The notes under the pieces: generated by a model
What the model was told of the DNA's origin: nothing
Databases searched by the model: none
The model's input: the letters and a program-made list of their open reading frames with translations, nothing else
Shown: piece by piece, positions 52,482 through 63,912 of the stretch
Layout of the letters: every line of letters begins with the position of its first letter
Numbering within the stretch: the first letter of the stretch is position 1
Made by a program: the position numbers and the translations under genes
Origin: a virus
Lineage: Duplodnaviria > Caudoviricetes
Reading direction: 5' to 3' (one strand)
Virus record (IMG/VR): IMGVR_UViG_3300032011_004028
Span: 10,896 to 74,895 of that record
Length of the DNA: 64,000 nucleotides

Positions 52482-52918
52482 TAAGTGGTAGCCTCCAAGT
52501 AATAAACATAATAAGTTTGACCTATAAAAAATCGCGCTCCATCAGAACTAACAACGTTAAATAAGCTGCCATTGATTCCTATAGAGTTAGTTTTACCTTT
52601 CTCAATGTAATTTTTACAATCTAGTTCAACTTTAATTCTTACGTCGCCCTTTTCTATCATAACTTTAAGTTCGTCTTGATACTCTAAGGGTTGATTTTCT
52701 TTGTAATTAATTATAGCTGTAAAGTCCTGACTAACAGGGGTATAGGTCACGGTCTCTTTCGGCGCGCTGTAGCCTGCGTAAATATTTTGATCAGCGGCCA
52801 AAGTTATTGTTTTCTTGGGATCTTTATTAACCGTGATCGTAGCCTTAAACGTGTCAAAATGATCGGCAAGAGCCGCCTTGAACGTTGTCTGAGCTGATGT
52901 TGGTATAAGCGAAGGCAT
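52481..52918 (-). CDS. Putative head-closure protein (beta barrel)
   Basis: 145 aa, beta-rich; position between adaptor and neck genes. Confidence 0.45.
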   Translation of the reverse strand: MPSLIPTSAQTTFKAALADHFDTFKATITVNKDPKKTITLAADQNIYAGYSAPKETVTYTPVSQDFTAIINYKENQPLEYQDELKVMIEKGDVRIKVELDCKNYIEKGKTNSIGINGSLFNVVSSDGARFFIGQTYYVYYLEATT

Positions 52919-53538
52919 TAATAAAAGTTAGGGGTTGTTCGGTTATAAGGGTACCCGTCGTAATCGTTTGAATAGAATCCAGCAACGGTATCATCTCCAG
53001 CTACCTGAACCGGTGAGGCCTTTCTTAGCTTGTAAGCGTTTATAAGATCAGTTAGTTCCATATATTCCTCCTTCTTTAAGGAGATGTAAGTCTTACTAAG
53101 TTCATTTTTGTTGATTTTCCTGACTCGTGATCCATCCGAAGCTACTTCTACAACGGGGTCGCTAGATGCGGCGCCGACAGTAGTTCTAATTTGCTGATCA
53201 TAATAATGAACTATATACATTTTTTTCAAAATAGAAGCTTCTTCTGGCTGAATAGCGGTAATATAAGGTTCGGCCACTCTCCCGCTGTCACTATCCGCAG
53301 ATAAACCTAAAGCTCCGGTCCCCTCATTGAAGGCTTGAGGCTCATAGTAAGGGCTAGCAAAAGATCCAGAAAACTCATAGGCATCCGGGCCATACTCAAC
53401 AATTTTGAAAGTAGTATTTATCCTGTTATTAAGCTCTCCCACATTACTTCTTATCCAAAAGGCAATAGCTGGAATAGAAATCGTCGACGGCTCTCCGAGT
53501 TCTCTGTAAATTTCATCTGCTATATCGACAATTTTCAT
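52918..53538 (-). CDS. Putative head-tail adaptor protein
   Basis: Helical N terminus IVDIADEIYRELGEP...; first gene of the joining block. Confidence 0.45.
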   Translation of the reverse strand: MKIVDIADEIYRELGEPSTISIPAIAFWIRSNVGELNNRINTTFKIVEYGPDAYEFSGSFASPYYEPQAFNEGTGALGLSADSDSGRVAEPYITAIQPEEASILKKMYIVHYYDQQIRTTVGAASSDPVVEVASDGSRVRKINKNELSKTYISLKKEEYMELTDLINAYKLRKASPVQVAGDDTVAGFYSNDYDGYPYNRTTPNFY

Positions 53539-53542
53539 CTTT

Positions 53543-53564
53543 TCTAAAATTACACTATTTTAGA
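53543..53564 (-). promoter_or_regulatory. GTGTAA motif in the loop of an 8-bp inverted repeat
   Basis: Minus strand reads TCTAAAAT-AGTGTA-ATTTTAGA; ATG at 53538. Confidence 0.65.
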
Positions 53565-53595
53565 GGCTAACAACCATTCTTTACTAGTTTTCTTT

Positions 53596-56500
53596 TTAGG
53601 CTTTGCCTTCATTCCTAGCTGATTTGCGTTTCTGAAAACGTTCCCATGCGGCTGTGTCTTCTACCACTAAAGGATCTACATCAGCTCTTTCTCCATAAAT
53701 TACATAATAACAATCGATTGTTTCGCCATCAGCAGCGCCGATTTTGATTTCACTTAAGGAGGTACTCACCACATATAAATGCTGGAAGGAGCCATTTGGT
53801 GTTAATTGAACCGTGATTGTACCCTCTCTTACTAAGCCGCTCCAGTAGTCGGGCATTGTAATAGTATCTGACTGAACTCGTCCTCTATGATAAACTCCAG
53901 CTTCAGGCCCTTCCAAGGAAGAGTGGACAAGCATCATGTTTTCCTTGGTGGGATGCTCTATTTCAAAATTCTTATAACCAGTGACATTAAGATTTACCGC
54001 ATAAATATATCTACCGGTACCTGCGGATGTGATATCTCCATCGACGTAAAGGTTGTGATTTCCACTTCCCTGTTGGTTAAAATAGGTTGTATAAGCGTTA
54101 TCACTGGACGATCCATTAAATCTAAATTGTCGATCATTGGTTCCAACAGGTTGATAGTCCATGTAGTAGGCTGTGCCGCTGTTACCATAGAGCCGAATCT
54201 TCCCGGCGTTTCCGTTTGTAGTGCCAATTTGTAGAGTCTGATCATTAGAAAGTGTAAGTCCGCCATTTATGGAGGTGTCCTCAAAATAGCAATTCTTCCA
54301 ATAATTACCTGAGCCGCCAAGATTGTAGGTTCCATTAGCAACTGGAAGAAAATGCGTATAAGAGTGTATGTATGTACCACTGCCATCAATTGCGAGCCTA
54401 GTGGTTTCATTCGTCATCAATCTTAAATGCCTACCACTAGAATTGTGTCCAAAATATGCCGCAGTTCCATCCATTGCCAGAAAAGTGGTATACCCATTTC
54501 CTAGAACAGCAAATTGACCAGCTCCTGAACCCGTAGGGGATATGTCGGTTGCGTCTTTAACCTGAAGTTTATTAGCTGGATCAGTTGTTCCTATGCCGAT
54601 ATTACCAACAGAATTAATAACCATGTGTGCTCCCATTACCGCACTTCCATTAGTTCTAGTCCTGAAGATCATGCTTGCGCCATATTGCCCGCTAGTCGCA
54701 TTATCTCTTGATCCCTCAATAGAGGCTAAATAGGTTCCGTTAGTATTATCTTGTGTCGCACCAAATGTAATTGCGCCACCAATACCAGCAGCTAAAGCCG
54801 AGTCATCTGCAACGTGGAGCTGTCCTTGCCACAACCCTTTATTTCCAGAGCCTGCAAATGCAGTTTTAGTCCCGCTAAAATATCCAGCTTGATTTTGTAC
54901 TGCCGCTCCTGCATTTCGAGTACCAGCGCCAACCATCAGATGAGCTAATGGATTATTTGTCCCGATGCCGACATTGCCGTCAGAAGCAATACGCATTCTC
55001 TCATCGGTAGCACCTAACCCGTCTGTCTTGAAACGAATATAGGTTTTTGCTCCTATGGTAGCACCGTATCCATCTACAACCGCATTAATTTCAAACTGAT
55101 CAGTACGGTCAGTACCTCCACCAGCCGCTCCCCACCAGTTAATATAACCCGTCTTGGGGTTATTTGACATAGTAATAGTTGGCCCTGTGGTATCGTATTG
55201 TCTGAGATGCAACAAAGTGCCCGGATTATTTGTCCCTATACCAACATTGCCTCCGCTAAGTATGGTCATCTTAACTGTACCCCCACCAAAACTCGAACCT
55301 GTCCAAAATTCTATACCCCCTTGACCATGGACTTTTAATCCAGCTGTACTGTACTTGACAGCTAAACCAGCACGGTTCCCGCCGGTGTCCGCGCAAATTA
55401 AATAAGGTTGCCAAGTATCCGCTGTTGTTGAAGCGTTTCTAATGTAAACAGTACCAGTACTATCTGAAGAATTCTTAAAGCATGAATGACCAGTGCTTGA
55501 CGAATAAACCGCTAGTCGCTCACTGCTAGAAGCTAAGGCAGCAGTAGTTCCTATCCCGACAACACCGGTAGAGGTAATGCATAAATGGTCATCAGCAGGG
55601 TTGTTGCCCCCCCACATTTTCATAATGGCATCGGAAGATGCATAACCGACCCCACCTTTCTGAACTCCAGCATTATAGAAAGTAACGTGAGCGTTTCTCG
55701 TACTGTTCGCGCTATCTAGCATCAATTGAACATCAGCAGAAGTGTTATCACTTTCTAACTTCAAGTATGCATTACCACTAGCTGGCTTTATATGCAAATT
55801 ACCGGTTGGCGCATCAGTCCCGATACCGACTGAGCCTCCTCCCGGTTGCAGAATTAAGTTCTTTGCGCCAACTCCATCTTGATACGAGTGGATATATGCG
55901 TTGTTTCCGTCCGTGTCTCTTGAGATAGCTAGCTTGTGTGTTGTACTGCCAACTAGGCCAATAACTAACTGAGAATTTCCCGTGTAACTGGCGGTTGGAT
56001 CGGTGCTTGCAGAAGCTATATTAAGCCCAAGTGAGTCGGGCGCATCAGTGCCTATACCAACTATACCCCCTTTAACCACTACATCTGGTGCGGTGCTCCC
56101 CGAGTTACCAGCAGTTACCAGATATATTTTTGACGGGTTATTCCCTAAGTTTGCTGCGTAAGCGTTCGCTTTTAAATAAAGATTCCCGCCGCTTCCATAA
56201 ATATTTGCATAGGTATAAGCGCTCCCCATTGCTATACCGCTCAGATCAGGGAAGGTCATCTTGTAGTTTGTGTTTGCACTATCAACTAATGTTTGATTAG
56301 CCACTCGAATTTCACCATCCCCCATTATAGCAAATAAATCACTACTGGCTTGGTTGCGAATCAATAACGAATAATCAGCGCTATCCCCGCCGCCCTCTAT
56401 GTAGGCTCCCCATCCCACCGTACTCGTATTTACAAATCGCCCAATAAAATTGTGAGTTTTTGATGATTTTACATCAAACAAAATTGCTGGATCATTAGTA

Positions 56501-57858
56501 CCTATACCGACATTGCCGTTGCTCAACATTGATACTTTTTGCGCAGTGCCGTAACCGAAACGTAATGCCGCATTACCGTCCGCCCATATATTAAAATAAT
56601 CTCCCCCAGATAAATCTCCATTAACTCCATCCAGCCAAATGACTGCTCCATTAGAATACTCTCCAAGAGAAACTGAGCTAGATCCTTCCCATACCATTAA
56701 CTGCTGTGATGGCGCAGTAGTCCCGATGCCGACATCGCCGCCGGAGAGAATTGTAATGTGATTCGTGTTGTTCGTCCCGATGTACATCTTACCAGCTTCA
56801 CGATTCCTGATGTAGGTGTCACTCTCATATGCAATAATATCTGTTCCGTCCCCCGAACCTGAACCAGTGGTGGTATTCGTTATATGAACATTTGCATGAC
56901 CTGACGCATTTGCATGCAAGTGCAACACTCTCCCATAAGAACTAGTTGGCGTAGCAGTCCCGATGCCAACATTGCCGTCTCTTGTAAGGGACATTATATC
57001 AGATTTAGTACCACCAAAATTACGCCTAAAAGTTAAACCATCTACCCCAGATATACCTATATAATAACCTTTGTCTTCTGCTGACCTCTCTATGTAAATT
57101 CCGTTTTCAGCGGAAGTACTGGTTTGTTTTATTGCTAGGGCTGCGGTTCCCAAGTCATTAGCAGCGTCACCAAATGAGCCTCCAATATGCAACTTTGCTT
57201 TAGGATCAGTTTGGTCTATGCCAACGTTACCCTCTTGGTCAATATGCAACCTTGTGCCATAACCCGTAGCTCCCCGTGTCCAAAATTGTAGATCACCATA
57301 ATTATTAGTATGATCGGTGCATTTTGCGGCAATCAAGGCTGTCGAACTTCCACCAACCGCATCAGCGAAGTTTATTCTAATATAATTACCAGCTGTAGTG
57401 TTAGAATTAGACAACCAGAGAGAAGAGGCTCCAGAGGTTATATCGGTATAAGAATCTTGAACGTCAAAAGACCCTCCACTGGTCGTTGTTGATCTTACAT
57501 CTAATAGAACCGCTCCCGGCGAAGCAGTACCGATACCGACTTTTCCGACAGAAGTAATTGTCATGTGATCTGTACCCTGCTTATCAAAATGCAAGGTAGC
57601 ATTAGTGTACAATCTAGTTATATAAGCGTGTTCAGCATTTTCGGAATCGTACTTAATTTCTAATGCTGAATTACTCGCCTTACCTCTTCCTAATTTTAAA
57701 GCCGCTACATAGTTGTTTCCACTCGGGGAAGTCCCCCCATAAAAATCTAATTGCCTTTGGGAGGCGACGTATGCGTTAAAGAGAGATCCCGGTAAAGTGG
57801 TTCCCACGCCGATGTTACCTCTTAAAATTTTAAATGCTGGTATAGTTCTATCTGCCAT
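53596..57858 (-). CDS. Tail fibre / adhesin with about 12 GxVGIGTxxP repeats and a C-terminal chaperone-like domain
   Basis: Repeated GNVGIGTxxP; C-terminal KNFEIEHPTK...LVHSSLEGPEAGVYHRG...TVQLTP typical of phage fibre C termini. Confidence 0.8.
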   Translation of the reverse strand: MADRTIPAFKILRGNIGVGTTLPGSLFNAYVASQRQLDFYGGTSPSGNNYVAALKLGRGKASNSALEIKYDSENAEHAYITRLYTNATLHFDKQGTDHMTITSVGKVGIGTASPGAVLLDVRSTTTSGGSFDVQDSYTDITSGASSLWLSNSNTTAGNYIRINFADAVGGSSTALIAAKCTDHTNNYGDLQFWTRGATGYGTRLHIDQEGNVGIDQTDPKAKLHIGGSFGDAANDLGTAALAIKQTSTSAENGIYIERSAEDKGYYIGISGVDGLTFRRNFGGTKSDIMSLTRDGNVGIGTATPTSSYGRVLHLHANASGHANVHITNTTTGSGSGDGTDIIAYESDTYIRNREAGKMYIGTNNTNHITILSGGDVGIGTTAPSQQLMVWEGSSSVSLGEYSNGAVIWLDGVNGDLSGGDYFNIWADGNAALRFGYGTAQKVSMLSNGNVGIGTNDPAILFDVKSSKTHNFIGRFVNTSTVGWGAYIEGGGDSADYSLLIRNQASSDLFAIMGDGEIRVANQTLVDSANTNYKMTFPDLSGIAMGSAYTYANIYGSGGNLYLKANAYAANLGNNPSKIYLVTAGNSGSTAPDVVVKGGIVGIGTDAPDSLGLNIASASTDPTASYTGNSQLVIGLVGSTTHKLAISRDTDGNNAYIHSYQDGVGAKNLILQPGGGSVGIGTDAPTGNLHIKPASGNAYLKLESDNTSADVQLMLDSANSTRNAHVTFYNAGVQKGGVGYASSDAIMKMWGGNNPADDHLCITSTGVVGIGTTAALASSSERLAVYSSSTGHSCFKNSSDSTGTVYIRNASTTADTWQPYLICADTGGNRAGLAVKYSTAGLKVHGQGGIEFWTGSSFGGGTVKMTILSGGNVGIGTNNPGTLLHLRQYDTTGPTITMSNNPKTGYINWWGAAGGGTDRTDQFEINAVVDGYGATIGAKTYIRFKTDGLGATDERMRIASDGNVGIGTNNPLAHLMVGAGTRNAGAAVQNQAGYFSGTKTAFAGSGNKGLWQGQLHVADDSALAAGIGGAITFGATQDNTNGTYLASIEGSRDNATSGQYGASMIFRTRTNGSAVMGAHMVINSVGNIGIGTTDPANKLQVKDATDISPTGSGAGQFAVLGNGYTTFLAMDGTAAYFGHNSSGRHLRLMTNETTRLAIDGSGTYIHSYTHFLPVANGTYNLGGSGNYWKNCYFEDTSINGGLTLSNDQTLQIGTTNGNAGKIRLYGNSGTAYYMDYQPVGTNDRQFRFNGSSSDNAYTTYFNQQGSGNHNLYVDGDITSAGTGRYIYAVNLNVTGYKNFEIEHPTKENMMLVHSSLEGPEAGVYHRGRVQSDTITMPDYWSGLVREGTITVQLTPNGSFQHLYVVSTSLSEIKIGAADGETIDCYYVIYGERADVDPLVVEDTAAWERFQKRKSARNEGKA

Positions 57859-60800
57859 TATAAATCCTTATGATACTGCTGTTGCCATTCCCATTACGTG
57901 GTAACTTAGGCTACCGGTGAAACTTCCGTTAGCAGTTGTGCTTAATTTTAATTGTATCGTAAATGTATCGGTACTTGGGTCTACTATCTTCGACATAATT
58001 AAATCTGTATTAGTATTATCAAATTCACTAATTATTAGCCCCGGTTCTTGGTATCCATCGCCTCCATTTTGTACAAAGTATTCTCCGACAAAAGCTACAG
58101 CGCTATGACTACTCCAGTCTCCGGTTATAAATAATTTTACATGACATGCACGGTGATTGGCTAAATTAATTGTAAGTGCCGTGGTATAACTTGACCCATT
58201 CATCGCTACATCTTTGTATCCCATCCAGTTACCGTTGCTGGCACTTCCAACTCTAAGGTCGCCGTCGACGTGAAGTTTAGCAAGTGGAGCATTAGTGGAA
58301 ACACCCATTCGATCAGCGCCGCCATCAGTAAATAGAAGGTAATCGTCATTATTACTTTCCACCCTGAAATCTACGTCGCCGCTGGCGTCATTAATAACGA
58401 CGGCGCTCCCATTATCCTGTATAGAAGAATTCCCAATCGTATCACCATCAGTCCACTTAGTGATATAGTTAGCGCTACCAGAGCCATCTACCGCTCCAGA
58501 ACCGATTGATGTCTCTATAACATTACCACTAGAATCAACGGAAAGTTTGTAAGCAGCGGTTCCTGTATGAGTTCCCGAGCCGTAACTACCCAATGTTAAC
58601 TTTCTACTAGTGGTATTTATTGAGAGGGCAGTAGAAGGACTGCTTCCAACTGCTATAGAAAAAGTTGCATCTCCTCCGCGAATACGCCCTTGCATGGTGC
58701 CCCCACCATAAAACATAATAGCTGGTAGCTTGCTTCCTCCAGTAGAATCTTCATCGTTGATCGCTAATGCACAAGCGTTATCGCCATCATCTGAATTGCC
58801 ACTAATAGTAAGCAGACTCCCCGGGCTATCTGTTCCTATGCCTACATAACCAGTAGTCTTCTTAATAACAAGACAATTAGCTACGCCGCTCTGTCTAATA
58901 TTGAAATCTCCAGCGGCAGGATAACCACTGTATAAAATCCAGCCTACGTCCCCAGCTGCTCCAGCATTTAACTGAAGCCCAACACGACCCGTAGTACTCT
59001 GGAAATTAGGCTCCAACACTCCGGCTTTCCAGACATGAAGCAGTTGTCCCGGAGAAGCTGTCCCTATTCCAACGTTCCCATTTCCCTTTATGTCAAAAAG
59101 GTTATTATTGCTTGATCTAAAGGTGGCCACATAATCTGAGGCAGAAGTACTTCCTATATTAACATATAAACCATCCCCGTTTGAAGTGTTGCTTTGGGTT
59201 ATCTCTGCCGCGTATACAGTTGAACTAGCAGGGGTAACTACATCAAGCATAGCAGATGGCGCAGTTGTCCCGATGCCGACATGACTATTTGAAAAATAAA
59301 CGGAGTCTACATCAGCCCCACCCTCTATTCTAAATCTTTCTACCGAGGAGTTACTAGCGTTATCTGTATACCAAATCTGGTCTTGAGCATCGTCTGATAC
59401 GTAGGTGATATTTCCACCCGCACCTTGGTTGGTGATATTAAAGAAAAAAGCATTACTTTGAAGTTTGAGTTGGGTGTCATCAGAATTATTCGCGCTTTTT
59501 ACTTGTAAAGTTGTCGCTCCGGAACCCCTTACGTCCAATTGATAAGCTGGCGCAGTAGTCCCGATGCCGACCTTGCCGTCACCCCTAATAATCATTTTTA
59601 GTGTTGGGCTAGAAGTCCCAACAGCATTATTTGTATCAAAGCGTAAATCAGTATTGGCTGCACTCGTGGGTTGTGCGTAAACTTGAGCTCCCCTTGCCGA
59701 TACAGTATTACCAGATGTGGTAGAAGTCCAAATTATACCAGAATATTTGCTTGTTTGCTGATTACCAAAATACAAAGATGCATAACTAGCGTTTTGTGTA
59801 GTTATTTCTAAACCTCTATGCCAGCCGCCATCTCTTACTACATCACCTTCAAAATACCCGCCACCATCGACATGCAAAAGTTCAGAAGGGGCCGTTATTC
59901 CTATACCGACATTGCCGCCTGAAGCTATACGCATTCTTTCGGCCGGAACTCCCGCCTCGGGCTTTGTCCAAAACTGAAGATCACCACCACTGTCATCACC
60001 AGCGTTTGAATCAGATGTAACTACCGTTGAAATAATTTGAGCTATCCTGCTTCCAATCGTTGAGTTGGGGTTTACGTGGTTTGCATTGGCCGTATTGATA
60101 AAAGCAAGCTGACCCACTCTATGGGCATTCGTGTCTGAAGAAGCGCTAAGATTCGTTATGCCACCATCAAAGTCCCCTGTTCCCGCTGTGCCCCTTACCT
60201 CTAAAACTTGTCTATTAGACGCATAACTAGTTAGATTCGTAGCATTAATTACAACTCCGTAAGCGTGATTGTATACAATCGAGTTCCCAATCGTATCACT
60301 ATCAGTCCATTTCGAAATGTAATTGGCAGTACCACTGCCATCTACCCCAGAAATCTCACTTAAAGTTTTCCAATCCAAACCGGAGCCGGTAGTGGTTAAA
60401 ACTTGTCCATTAGTCCCAGCGCTATTATTAGTGTCTAAAATTGTTGTAGCTTTTAAACTACTGTTGATAGTTGTTGGATAACCAATAGCTACATCCCCAT
60501 CGCCCTGTATTTGGATTACGCTCTGGACGCTTTGACTGCCTAAGTAGCCGTTGTCAGTAACCCTAATATTAGATGAACGTATATAGTTGTTATAAATGTA
60601 GGAGTTACCAACAGCTACCGCAGTGCTGAATGTGGCTGTCCCTCCATCCAACTGAAACTCTTCTGTAGAACCGTTCGTGCCATAAATAGCAAACCGACTT
60701 GTCCCGTCCACCAACCCAAACCAACGGCTTTTGGCTCCACCACCAGCATCAGCATCGGTGACTTGAAACAACGGCGAAGCAGAAGAACGGCTTACTTGAA

Positions 60801-63800
60801 TTGTTGAATTGGCCGTCAGCGCACCGCTGAATGTGGCTGCCCCTGTTGGGGCTATCGTCAGCAAGTGGTTTGACCCCCAATGACCAAGCGTTAACAAGTT
60901 GGCGTCAGACCCATCTCCATTCCACTTATACCCAATGTACCCACAGTTCTTATTATTCCCCTCCTTGCCAACTACTAATATATTAGTCTGCCCGCTGGTA
61001 ATGTTTGCCGTGTACGCCTCCAGAGAATGAACGTATGTACCTGATGAACTATTATCTATTGCAAGTGTTGGGGCATTGGCTAACCCTGTTCCTGCTAATG
61101 TAGCCGTAGTACCCGTCAGCGCACCACCGAACGTGGCTGCCCCTGTTGGTGAAAGCGTTAACGGGTAATTCCAAGAAATTGTATCATCCGCACTCCCCCC
61201 TGTTACGGCTGTCCTTAAATAAATTGTGCCATCATCTTGCCAGACATTTGATGCACCGCCAGCACCTACCTTTTTCCATAACCCACTTGCGTTCAGGTAA
61301 GAGTTTTCCTGTACCCCTATGTAAGAGCTATTACCCACTACGGCTGATTGGTTAGCCCCTATTGCGAGTTGGGTTATGCCACTATACCAAGTGTTCAACC
61401 CACCCGTAAACCCAATCTGTGCATCACCACTAAACTTAGCAGTAGTCCCCGTCAGCGGACCATTGACGGTCACGGCGCCCGCGAATGTGGCTACGCCAGC
61501 CGCCGATATAGTCAGCCTAGTCGCCGCTGATGTACCAAATATTATATCTCCCGCTTCATAATTATATATATATCCAGTTGAACCAGACAGTTGCATCTGA
61601 AACCCGTCGCCAGTCGCTGCACCTGTTGTTGAATTACAAAGCTGTAAACAAGCTAATGAATTATTGTATATAGATAGGGGTCTACTAGGCGCAGTTGTCC
61701 CGATGCCGACATTTCCTGCAGAAGTAATCCGCATTCTTTCTGTCGGAGCCACATTAGTCGTGCCATCTTTGGTAGCAAAATATAAATCTCCTGTCTCAAA
61801 AGAAGTCCTTGAGGTAACAATCTGGCCGATAACCGAATGCGAATAAGTGGAACCGTAAAATTGGTCAAAACCAATCTCCATTCTTCTTCCAACCGCGTTA
61901 GAACTAACCGCTGCTAATTTAAGAGTATTAGAGCCTCCTATTTGAGTTCCCGGTGGAATCGCTTCTGAAACCATTAACTGAGCTACGGGCGCAGTAGTCC
62001 CGATACCGACTTTGCCTGATGCATCAATACGCATACGTTCAGTCGGGGTATAAACCGTATTCACAGTTTCCCCTGTGTCTCCATAGAAAACGTGCGCCCC
62101 GTTCAACTGACGGTAGACGGCAGGAGTTGTAGAATTGAGTGTCTTATAAGCACTTGTAGTGTTGGTGTTGTTAACAACCCTAGCTCCCGACGTAATGATA
62201 ATGTTGCTACCGCTATTTGCCACACCTATACAAGCCGATGCGTAGTCTGCGTTGTTTACATCTGCGTTATTGAGGTAGAATGCTAATCCCTGTGTCCAAG
62301 CAGTATCTTCCTCTATATTAACAGTTGCCCCCGCATCAGTTAACGAGGCTGAAGTTGTTCGTATATCCAGTTTACAAAGCGGCGCAGTAGTGCCGATGCC
62401 GACATTTTGTAAAAAATAATTACTATTAACTGCCGAAATTCTAGCTTGAGCTACCCCGCTATTAGCCCGCACATAAATACTACCGTGACTTGACTCTTGG
62501 CCGAGGGAGACAAGTTTAACCGTGTTACCAGAGTGAACCAAAGAGATTTCATCGACGTTACTGCCAGTAGATTTGACGGATAGTTTAGTAGTGGGCGCAT
62601 CAGTCCCGATTCCGACATTGCCGTCGCTTTTAAAATAAGCCGCAAGAGTAGAGCTGTTAACGTATATCGAAAGATGAGAAGTTGCTTTTAATACGGCATA
62701 CGACGAATCATTGCCATAAATATCCAACCATGTAGTTCCTGCTTTTTGAAACCTTAGTTCTCCACCAGAAACTCCGTCAATATCTACAACTCCCCAACCA
62801 ACCGATGCATAGACATCAAGGTGAACACTTGGCGCAGTAGTCCCAATGCCGACTCCAGTACCATTTTTAATATATAGATCATTACCTGCTGAGCTATCAG
62901 TGCCTGTTGTAAATCCTATATCTCCCGTGGACTTACTATAAATTTGCCCTCTTAGCGCGCTACCCGCATTATTAAAAAATTGAATAAAGGAATAATCATC
63001 AGCAGACCTTGCCCTAAGAGCAAAAGCATTTGCGCCAGAATCTGCTGTAACAGTTAGAGGGGCGGCTGGATTAGTATTTCCGATACCAACTTTGCCGTCA
63101 GCGGCTATACGCATATATTCCGTACCGCCACCCGTCAGAAATGTTATAAATCCTGTAGTATTTGCAGCTTTAAGTCTTAATTCGTTCCCTGTTTCTCTTG
63201 TTACTTGATGGCTACTACCCCCGAATCTAATTCCTTTACCCTCATCTACAAATATATAGTCGCCTCTTACGTCAAGTTTATAAGCGGGATTTTCAGAGCC
63301 AATACCCACTTTATCATTACTAATAGTTAAAACAGAGCTGTTGTTATCCCAGAATTGAGTTCTTAGATTTGTGGTATCGGAAACGATACGACCCACTATA
63401 GTTTTATCGAGCCGTCTCCAAATTAGCGCGGATGAATTTCCCGTGTTAGTTGGAGCATCAATATAAGTAGTATTGGCTACATGAAGTATTCCATCTGGCG
63501 CAGTAGTCCCGATGCCGACACTTCCTGTAGTCGGAGCAATTACCAGTCTTTCACTTGCGGCAACATCACTTCCTTCACTTATGGCGAAATAATTATTGGG
63601 AGCCGTAGAATGTCCTATCACCCACCTAGCCGCAGCAGTTTCAAAAAATTCTAATTGCGGTTTATCATCAGTGCTGGAAATGCGTATGTTACCACCGTAT
63701 ACGTGAAGTTTAGCTCCCGGCGCGGTTGTCCCGATGCCGAGTTTAGAACCCTTCAGCACCATATTGTTCACACCGCCATTATCACTTCTGAAATAAACAT

Positions 63801-63912
63801 CATCTGCATCAAAATAAACATCAGATGTTCCAGCATACCCAAACCTGTAGGAACTACCGTTAGCGTTTGCTATTTGCAATAGTGAATCTGGCGCATTAGT
63901 CCCTATGCCGAC
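55808..63912. repeat. Dispersed 23-bp repeat GGCGCAGTAGTCCCGATGCCGAC (coding strand GTC GGC ATC GGG ACT ACT GCG CC = VGIGTTAP)
   Basis: Exact copies at 56711, 59549, 63497. One mismatch at 59258, 61688, 61988, 62381, 62831. Two to four mismatches at 63890, 55808, 56948, 62594, 63719, 57518. Confidence 0.9.

Noticed and set aside
23407-63882. Numerous 60-166-aa shadow ORFs antisense or out of frame within long structural genes
   Set aside because: They are fully nested in well-supported genes, lack motifs, and are expected by-products of Gly/Ala/Ser/Thr-rich coding sequence.
55808-63912. CRISPR array (23-bp repeats with variable spacers)
   Set aside because: Repeats are in frame within ORFs, spacing is irregular at hundreds of bp, and no cas genes are present.
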